Assembly: GCA_038217285.1 (NCBI GenBank)
Contig: JBBQPO010000086.1
Location: 1 to 20,562 of the forward strand
DNA from: Chthonomonadales bacterium
Lineage (GTDB): Bacteria > Armatimonadota > Chthonomonadetes > Chthonomonadales > Chthonomonadaceae
DNA length: 20,562 nucleotides
Direction: 5' to 3'
This document shows, piece by piece, positions 15,099 to 20,562 of the stretch. The position numbers and the translations under genes were made by a program. The notes beneath the pieces were generated by a model. That model was not told the DNA's origin and did no database searches. It saw nothing but the letters and a program-made list of their open reading frames with translations. Position 1 is the first letter of the stretch. Each line of letters begins with the position of its first letter.

Positions 15099-15198
15099 GG
15101 AGTAAAGCGCGAGGAGGAGGTTCCTGCCGCCTATTGGAAAGGCATTGCCCCGAAACGCAGCGATCTATTGCGTTTTGGGATCCAGTCGATCTGCAAGA

Positions 15199-15795
15199 TC
15201 AGGACGAGGGCGCATCGCTGACAGGAAATTCCACTTTGTCGTAGATATCCGCCAGCCGCAACGCGCATTCGAGAGCTGTGAAGTGGATGACTTCCTCGCT
15301 GTCCTCGTGGCAGGTATAGCGCCACGAGCCGTCCGTCTGGCGTTGATACCGTTCCACGCGTATTTTGTCCTGGGCAATCAACACATAGTCCGTCAACGTG
15401 GAGATGCGCTGGTAGTGATTGAACTTTTCGCCTCGATCATAAGCCTCTGTCGAAGGCGATAACACCTCGAAAATCACGCTCGGATTCAGCAGGATGTCAT
15501 TGCGCTTGTCATCGAAACGCGCTTCTCCACACAATGCCACGACATCGGGGTAGGTATATAGTCCCGTACTCTCTACGAACACCTTCATGTCGTTGTTATA
15601 GACCTTGCAAGGCCGTCCTTTAAACTGAAACCACAGCCCGCCGGTGACATTGATACTGATAAGGTTATGCGCCTCACTCGCTCCTGCCATGGCATAGATC
15701 TTCCCTGCGAGATACTCACTTTTAGATGGGGCGGCCCGTTCCTGTTCCAGATACTCCTGCCGGGTTATGTAAGGTGGTTTTGCGACAGCAACCAT
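15199..15795 (-). CDS. Uma2 (DUF820) family putative endonuclease
   Basis: EYLEQE..KSEYLAGKIYAMAGASEAHNLI, YTYPDVV, NPSVIFEVLSPSTEAYDRGEKF..Y, YVLIAQD; RBS AAGGAG. Confidence 0.93.
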   Translation of the reverse strand: MVAVAKPPYITRQEYLEQERAAPSKSEYLAGKIYAMAGASEAHNLISINVTGGLWFQFKGRPCKVYNNDMKVFVESTGLYTYPDVVALCGEARFDDKRNDILLNPSVIFEVLSPSTEAYDRGEKFNHYQRISTLTDYVLIAQDKIRVERYQRQTDGSWRYTCHEDSEEVIHFTALECALRLADIYDKVEFPVSDAPSS

Positions 15796-15872
15796 CGTTG
15801 TTTCTCCTTTATCAAGATTGCTAGGCTACTCTGATCCTCATCCTGAAATAGGAAAAGATGGGACATCTGCCT

Positions 15873-16988
15873 CTAAAACAGAAGTTGATGCCGGTTGCGG
15901 GTGATGCTCTGGAGAAGGCCGACGCAGGTCATCAGGGTCAGCATGTTGCTGCCGCCGGCCGAGATGAAGGGAAGCGGAACCCCAGCAACCGGCATGAGGC
16001 CGATATTCATCCCTATATTGACCACGACATGGAAAGCCAGCATAGAGACGACGCCCGAGGCGATCAACTTGCCCAGTATGTCCTCATCGGCGGCGCGAAT
16101 CACCTGGACCCCGCGAAACAACAGCCCGGCATAGAGAAGGGCGAGCCCCAGCGTTCCCACGAAGCCAAGCTCCTCCCCGATGTCGGTAAAGATAAAGTCC
16201 GTCTGCTTCTCGGGCACGTAGCCGCCGCGCACCAGAGAGCCGTGCATCAGTCCCTTGCCCCACATTCCGCCGGAGCCGATAGCGACCCGTGCCTGCGACA
16301 CGTGCCAGCCCTTGCCGTTTTTGTCGGCATCCGGGTCGAAGAGCGATTCGTACCAGGTCACAAGGCGCTGCCGCTGATAGCCCTCGATGATTTTGCCGCT
16401 ATGCCATAGCACAACGAACAACAGGAGCCCGCTCAGCATCAGGACGAGCAGATGTCCCAATTTTGCCCCCGCCATGAAGACCATGCCGAACCAGATCGCG
16501 AGCAGCACCAACGCGGTGCCGAGGTCGTGCTGTTTGAAGATCAGCGCCATCGGAATAGCGATATGCAGCAGCGACAGTAGAAACGTCTTCGGCTCGTGCA
16601 GGGTATCGTGATGTCTCGTCAGGAAGATCGCGAGCGTGAGAATGACGCAGAGCTTGGCGAACTCCGAAGGCTGGAACTTGAATCCGGCGATATTGATCCA
16701 GCGCGCCGCCCCGTTGATACTATGGGCGAACTTCAGGACGACGGCCAGCGAAATCAGATTGAACCCATAGATGTAACGGGCGAAGCGGGTGTAGAGGTGA
16801 TAGTCCAGCAAGGTGGTGGCGATCAGGCCCACCGTTCCCAGCACGATCCAGACCAGTTGGCGTTTGTGGTAAGGCGTCGCGTCGCCGTGCGTCACGCTAT
16901 AGATGACGAGAACCCCGAAGAGCGCCAGACCGTAGGTGAGGACGAGCAACGGGACATCGACGTTTTTGTGGAGACGGTTATCTCGCAT
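15873..16988 (-). CDS. rodA: SEDS peptidoglycan glycosyltransferase RodA
   Basis: GAARWI..FQPSEFAK, QHDLGTA, YQRQRL, GWHVSQARVAIGSGGMWGKG, VPEKQTDFIF..GEELGF, NIGMNIGLMPVAGVPLPFISAGG; fits RodA better than FtsW. Confidence 0.88.
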   Translation of the reverse strand: MRDNRLHKNVDVPLLVLTYGLALFGVLVIYSVTHGDATPYHKRQLVWIVLGTVGLIATTLLDYHLYTRFARYIYGFNLISLAVVLKFAHSINGAARWINIAGFKFQPSEFAKLCVILTLAIFLTRHHDTLHEPKTFLLSLLHIAIPMALIFKQHDLGTALVLLAIWFGMVFMAGAKLGHLLVLMLSGLLLFVVLWHSGKIIEGYQRQRLVTWYESLFDPDADKNGKGWHVSQARVAIGSGGMWGKGLMHGSLVRGGYVPEKQTDFIFTDIGEELGFVGTLGLALLYAGLLFRGVQVIRAADEDILGKLIASGVVSMLAFHVVVNIGMNIGLMPVAGVPLPFISAGGSNMLTLMTCVGLLQSITRNRHQLLF

Positions 16989-18237
16989 CGGGCGGTCCCG
17001 GTTCGATAGCAGACAGAAGGGGCTGAAGCGCTGTGAGCAGACGGCCTGCCACCTCTTGTTTGGCGAGCATCGGCAGGGCTTCGGTTCGCCCGTCCGGCCA
17101 GAGCAGCGTGACGATGTTGGTGTCCGTGTCGAAGCCCGCTCCGGCCTGCGTCACATCGTTGGCAACGACCAGATCCAGATTGCGGCTGCGCAGCTTGGCG
17201 AAGGCGTTGGTGAGAAGGTTCTCCGTCTCGGCGGCAAACCCGACGACGATCTGTCCCGGACGCTTGCGGGCCGCCAGCGTGGAGAGAATATGCTTCGTCT
17301 GCCGGAGCCGCAGCGTCCAGATCTCTCCTGCTCCCTCCCCGTCGGACTTCTTGAGTTTCTGCGGGGCCACCGTCTCCGGGGTGTAGTCGGCGACGGCGGC
17401 GGCGGCGATGAACACGTCGCACGCCTCGAAGCGTTCGGCACAGGCGCGGTACATCTCCTCCGCGCTGCCGACCCGCACCATCTCCACGCCGGTCGGGGCC
17501 TCGACCGTCGCATAGCCGCTGACCAGCGTCACAGTTGCGCCGCGTACAGCCGCCTCCGCCGCGATGGCGTAGCCCATTTTGCCGCTGGAACGATTCGAGA
17601 GGAAGCGCACGGGGTCCAGGGGCTCCCGTGTGGCTCCGGCCGTCAGCAGTATGCGTCTGCCCTGAAGCTCTCTGTTCGGCGTCAGGCGGTCCACGACTGC
17701 CCGCACGATCTCATCCACATCGGCCAGTTTTCCATAGCCCACATCCTGACAGGCCAGCACTCCATAACCGGGCTGCACCATCTGCACCCCCCGCGCCTGC
17801 AGCATCGCCAGATTCGCGCGCGTCGCCGGGTGTTCCCACATGACGGTGTTCATGGCCGGCGCGACCAACAGGGGCGTGGTGGGCGGGGCGGCGAGAAGAC
17901 AGGTGGAGAGCATGTCGTCGGCGAGGCCGTGCGCCATTTTGGCCAGCAGGTTCGCGGAGGCGGGGGCGACCAGGACAAGATCGGCGGACTGCGCCAGGTC
18001 GATATGAGCGATGCGATCCGTCTGCGGCTCCTCAAAAAGGTCGGTCAGCACCGGATTGCGCGTGAGCGCGCGCAGGGTAGGAACGCCGATGAACCGCTCC
18101 GCATGGGCTGTCAGAACGACATGAACCGAAGCCCCCAGTTTGCCGAGCCGACTGCACAGGTCGGCGGCCTTGTAGGCGGCAATACTGCCGGAAACGCCCA
18201 GCAGAACTCTCTTCTGCGCAAGCGGCAGGGAGCTCAT
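16978..18237 (-). CDS. coaBC: Bifunctional phosphopantothenoylcysteine decarboxylase/synthetase
   Basis: LLGVSGSIAAYKA, HIDLA, APASANLLAK..GLADD, PAMNTVMW, LAC..G.GKL, TAGATREPLDPVRFLSNRSSGKMG, AAVADY, VGFAAET, ANDV. Start 18237 gives an ATGA overlap with gmk; alternative 18246. Confidence 0.96.
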   Translation of the reverse strand: MSSLPLAQKRVLLGVSGSIAAYKAADLCSRLGKLGASVHVVLTAHAERFIGVPTLRALTRNPVLTDLFEEPQTDRIAHIDLAQSADLVLVAPASANLLAKMAHGLADDMLSTCLLAAPPTTPLLVAPAMNTVMWEHPATRANLAMLQARGVQMVQPGYGVLACQDVGYGKLADVDEIVRAVVDRLTPNRELQGRRILLTAGATREPLDPVRFLSNRSSGKMGYAIAAEAAVRGATVTLVSGYATVEAPTGVEMVRVGSAEEMYRACAERFEACDVFIAAAAVADYTPETVAPQKLKKSDGEGAGEIWTLRLRQTKHILSTLAARKRPGQIVVGFAAETENLLTNAFAKLRSRNLDLVVANDVTQAGAGFDTDTNIVTLLWPDGRTEALPMLAKQEVAGRLLTALQPLLSAIEPGPPDAR

Positions 18238-18827
18238 TTCTGGCATTTGCGCTCCGCCTCGATCACCGCGCACAGGATCTCACTGGCGACCTCCACACTC
18301 TTATTGACGAGCACATAGTCGTACCGACCCAGAAACGACTCCTCGTACAGCGCGGTCGTCAGGCGGCTCAGGATACGCTCCTCGCTCTCGGTGCGGCGCG
18401 CGCGCAGGCGGCGCTCCAGTTCGTCGCGGGAAGGCGGCTTGATATAGATCAGCACGGCGTCCGAAGCCAGTTCGTGCACCCGCATCGCCCCCTGCACTTC
18501 CAGCTCCAAAACCACATCCCAGCCCTGCTCGCGCTGCCAGATAATCCCCTCGGCAGGCGTTCCGTACAGGTTGCCGTTGTAAGCGGCATACTCAAAAAAG
18601 AAGCCCTGTTCGATTCCCGCCTCGAACTGCTCACGTGTGTAGAAATGGTAACTCACCCCATCCACTTCGCCAGGGCGCGGCGGGCGTGTGGTGGCGCTGA
18701 TGCTGAAGACAAGGTTGTCTACCCGCGCGAACAGCCGTTTCAGCAGTGTACCCTTGCCTACCCCGGAAGGGCCCGAGACGACGAACAGCCGTCCTCGCGG
18801 CGTCCGATCCGTACCATTCCCGCTCAT
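18234..18827 (-). CDS. gmk: Guanylate kinase
   Basis: VVSGPSGVGKGT P-loop, SISATTRPPRPGEVDGVSYHF, EYAAYNGNLYGT, EVQGA, PPSRDELERRL, YDYVLVN. Start ATG 18827 (alternative GTG 18839). Confidence 0.96.
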   Translation of the reverse strand: MSGNGTDRTPRGRLFVVSGPSGVGKGTLLKRLFARVDNLVFSISATTRPPRPGEVDGVSYHFYTREQFEAGIEQGFFFEYAAYNGNLYGTPAEGIIWQREQGWDVVLELEVQGAMRVHELASDAVLIYIKPPSRDELERRLRARRTESEERILSRLTTALYEESFLGRYDYVLVNKSVEVASEILCAVIEAERKCQK

Positions 18828-18879
18828 AGTCGCTATCACCCTCTCCCAAAGCGGCCGCCGCTTCGGAAGCCTTTACGAT

Positions 18880-18911
18880 TTTCCGTATTTCCGTATTTCC
18901 GTATTTCCGTA
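18880..18911. repeat. Four perfect tandem copies of TTTCCGTA (TACGGAAA on the gmk strand)
   Basis: Units at 18880, 18888, 18896 and 18904; bracketed by CCTTTACG (18870-18877) and CGTAAAGG (18908-18915). Confidence 0.95.
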
Positions 18912-18915
18912 AAGG

Positions 18916-18944
18916 ATTATAGCACTCTGCATTGCCCCCGTCAA
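18916..18944 (-). promoter_or_regulatory. sigma70-type promoter of gmk-coaBC-rodA
   Basis: Minus strand TTGACG (18944-18939), 17 bp, TATAAT (18921-18916) with extended -10 TGc. Confidence 0.85.
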
Positions 18945-18965
18945 ACTTGAGGAGAACAGGCGAGG

Positions 18966-19274
18966 CTAAAAGGAGGGATGGTCGAGGGCTTCGGGGACGA
19001 AGCGGTAGCCGAGGCCGCGCACCGTTTCGATGAAGGCTGCATACGGGGCGGGAAGTCTGGCGCGCACCCGTTTGATCGTGGCGTCCACGACCCGTTCGTC
19101 GCCTTCAAAGTTCGAGCCCCATACCTGCGTCAGCAAGGCTTCCCGCGTGAAGACCCGGCAGCGGTGCGTCATCAAGAACTGAAGCAGTTGAAACTCACGC
19201 AGCGTCAGCGGCAGGAGATAACTCCCTGAAAAAGGAAGAAGATGCCGGAAGCGGCCCGGACTGCCGATCCGCAT
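18966..19274 (-). CDS. Stand-alone OmpR/PhoB-type winged-helix DNA-binding domain (no receiver); may be a gene fragment
   Basis: LTLREFQLLQFLMTH..RVFTREALLTQVWG..FEGDERVVDATIKRVRARL..IETVRGLGYRF; N-terminal 20 aa not conserved. Confidence 0.75.
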   Translation of the reverse strand: MRIGSPGRFRHLLPFSGSYLLPLTLREFQLLQFLMTHRCRVFTREALLTQVWGSNFEGDERVVDATIKRVRARLPAPYAAFIETVRGLGYRFVPEALDHPSF

Positions 19275-19303
19275 CCATAACGTGTTTTCAGGGGAGCAAT
19301 GCC

Positions 19304-19789
19304 TTGCCGTCCAGTTATAAAACGTGTCCGAAGTGCGGTTTGATGCTGGCGTCGGAAGTGACTGTATGCGGACGGTGTGGCAACCGTTTCGTGGTGGAGG
19401 AGATCCCTATCGTGCCTCCTCCTCCCCCTCCCTTACCCGACATTACAATGTCCTATCAGCCTCCCACTGCTATTCCAGTCGAACGCAAGCAGAAGATCGT
19501 GGCGATCTCTCTGGCGCTCGGACTGGGCGGTATCGGCGCGCACGGTTTCTACCTGGGCAACAAGGACATGGGACTGACGCTGGCCGTCATGTTCGTTGGG
19601 GGCGGAGCGCTGGGTGTGCTCTTCTTCATACTCGCGCTCGCAGGCGCGCTTCCGATGTGGCTGACAGCCGTCGGGATAGCCCCGCTGCTCATTGCCGCCA
19701 CCATTCCCATGATTCAGGCCGCTCGCTACGGCGTCGCCAACGCTGAGCAGTTTCACCAGCGTTATGTCGTCGAGAAGCGCTGGTTTTGA
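19304..19789 (+). CDS. Zinc-ribbon + poly-Pro + TM2/NINE domain membrane protein
   Basis: CPKCG-x9-CGRCG, PPPPPPLP linker, KQKIVAISLALGLGGIGAHGFYLG TM2 motif; TTG start after GGGGAG. Confidence 0.85.
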   Translation: MPSSYKTCPKCGLMLASEVTVCGRCGNRFVVEEIPIVPPPPPPLPDITMSYQPPTAIPVERKQKIVAISLALGLGGIGAHGFYLGNKDMGLTLAVMFVGGGALGVLFFILALAGALPMWLTAVGIAPLLIAATIPMIQAARYGVANAEQFHQRYVVEKRWF

Positions 19790-19962
19790 CTGGCAGCCAG
19801 GCAGGCATATTGGGCTAAACCCATCGCAGACAAGTTAAGCCTTTCGGCAATTTTTCGCCACTTTTTGGATCCAGTGAGCGGCGAAGCGAGCAACTAGTCC
19901 TGGCCTTCGGCCTTGAACCGAGTTTCAGATCGGCGCGGAGAAGATAGTCGAACTGCTCAATC

Positions 19963-20190
19963 GTGCCGAAGGCACCGGGCGTCGCCTGGCTCAACGATGC
20001 TCCCGGCCTGGTCGCTTTTATCCAGCAGACGATCTCGGGTTTGATACCGGGGCAGAGCTATACCATCAACGGTTTCTACAAGAGCCACACGTTCTGGTTC
20101 GGTGTTGGGTCGTTCCATCCCCCGATTCGAGGCTGCCATAAGCCAGCAGCTCAGCGAGCAATAAGGCGCACACATGTTCCCTGCGAATGA
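19963..20190 (+). pseudogene. Probable fragment of a secreted beta-sandwich (DUF642/PEP-CTERM-associated-like) protein gene
   Basis: WLNDAPG..FIQQTISGLIPGQSYTINGFYKS resembles the QT.SGL.PG..Y strand motif; no signal peptide, and the C-terminus degenerates. Confidence 0.4.
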
Positions 20191-20191
20191 C

Positions 20192-20562
20192 CTACTCTCC
20201 TGCTTGATCAAAATCCAGCGGTGCATGATCCCCATGAACTATGTCAACCGCCGAGTACTCAAACCAGTCGAAGTCTGCAGGTTCCCGGCAGGCGCGGCCA
20301 TGTCCCCTGCTATAGAGACTGAGAAAGACGCCGGTCCAGGTGCAGGCTACTTCTGCTGTCAGAAGTTGGGTCAGGCCGGATCCGACGACCGTCCACTCCG
20401 TCTCCCCGACAGCGCGACAGAAGAATGTGTAGCGGGTCGGATCGCCCGTTATCCGAAGCTCCAGAGAGCCTTCCGGCGCTGGAATCGGTTCGGACTCCTG
20501 ATTCAGATCCCCGACCGTTTTCCGGACGCTCACGACGCGACGTGACGCGCGATGTGTAACGC
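20192..20562 (-). CDS. Glycoside hydrolase family 43 (beta-xylosidase-like), C-terminal concanavalin-like domain, 5'-truncated by window
   Basis: Frame open to the window edge; LELRI..YTF, LLTAEVACTWTGVFLSLYS, ADFDWFEY. Confidence 0.8.
   Translation of the reverse strand, partial: VTHRASRRVVSVRKTVGDLNQESEPIPAPEGSLELRITGDPTRYTFFCRAVGETEWTVVGSGLTQLLTAEVACTWTGVFLSLYSRGHGRACREPADFDWFEYSAVDIVHGDHAPLDFDQAGE

Noticed and set aside
15199-15795. Uma2 gene as a restriction or defence system
   Set aside because: No methyltransferase or partner gene; Uma2 paralogues are common solitary genes
16936-18318. 460-aa + strand ORF
   Set aside because: Antisense shadow of coaBC

Overview
High-GC chromosomal window, probably from an Armatimonadota bacterium (inferred from the [33 protein letters not shown] prepilin/DUF1559 protein and a DUF6785-like membrane protein). 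Mostly housekeeping and accessory genes in this order: 3' end of ftsZ, a short pgeF-like remnant, a cysteine desulfurase, a minus-strand hydantoinase/oxoprolinase A - PII-like - NamZ - PfkB operon, a KGG stress protein, an ANTAR response regulator plus Maf, a DUF1559/H-X9-DG protein plus a small lipoprotein behind a long structured leader, three tRNA genes (Arg-GCG, Arg-CCT, Ser-CGA), a PepSY-like exported protein, RluD, a DUF6785-like transporter, Uma2, a gmk-coaBC-rodA operon, a lone OmpR-type winged helix, a zinc-ribbon/TM2 protein and the 3' end of a GH43 gene. I found no integrase, transposase or CRISPR array. The most interesting signals are non-coding: a possible ANTAR-type antitermination leader in front of the DUF1559 gene, two REP/REPIN-like doublets with compensatory changes, a 4x8-bp repeat at the gmk transcription start, and two atypical Arg tRNAs. 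All family assignments come from motif recognition by eye; no searches or folding programs were run.
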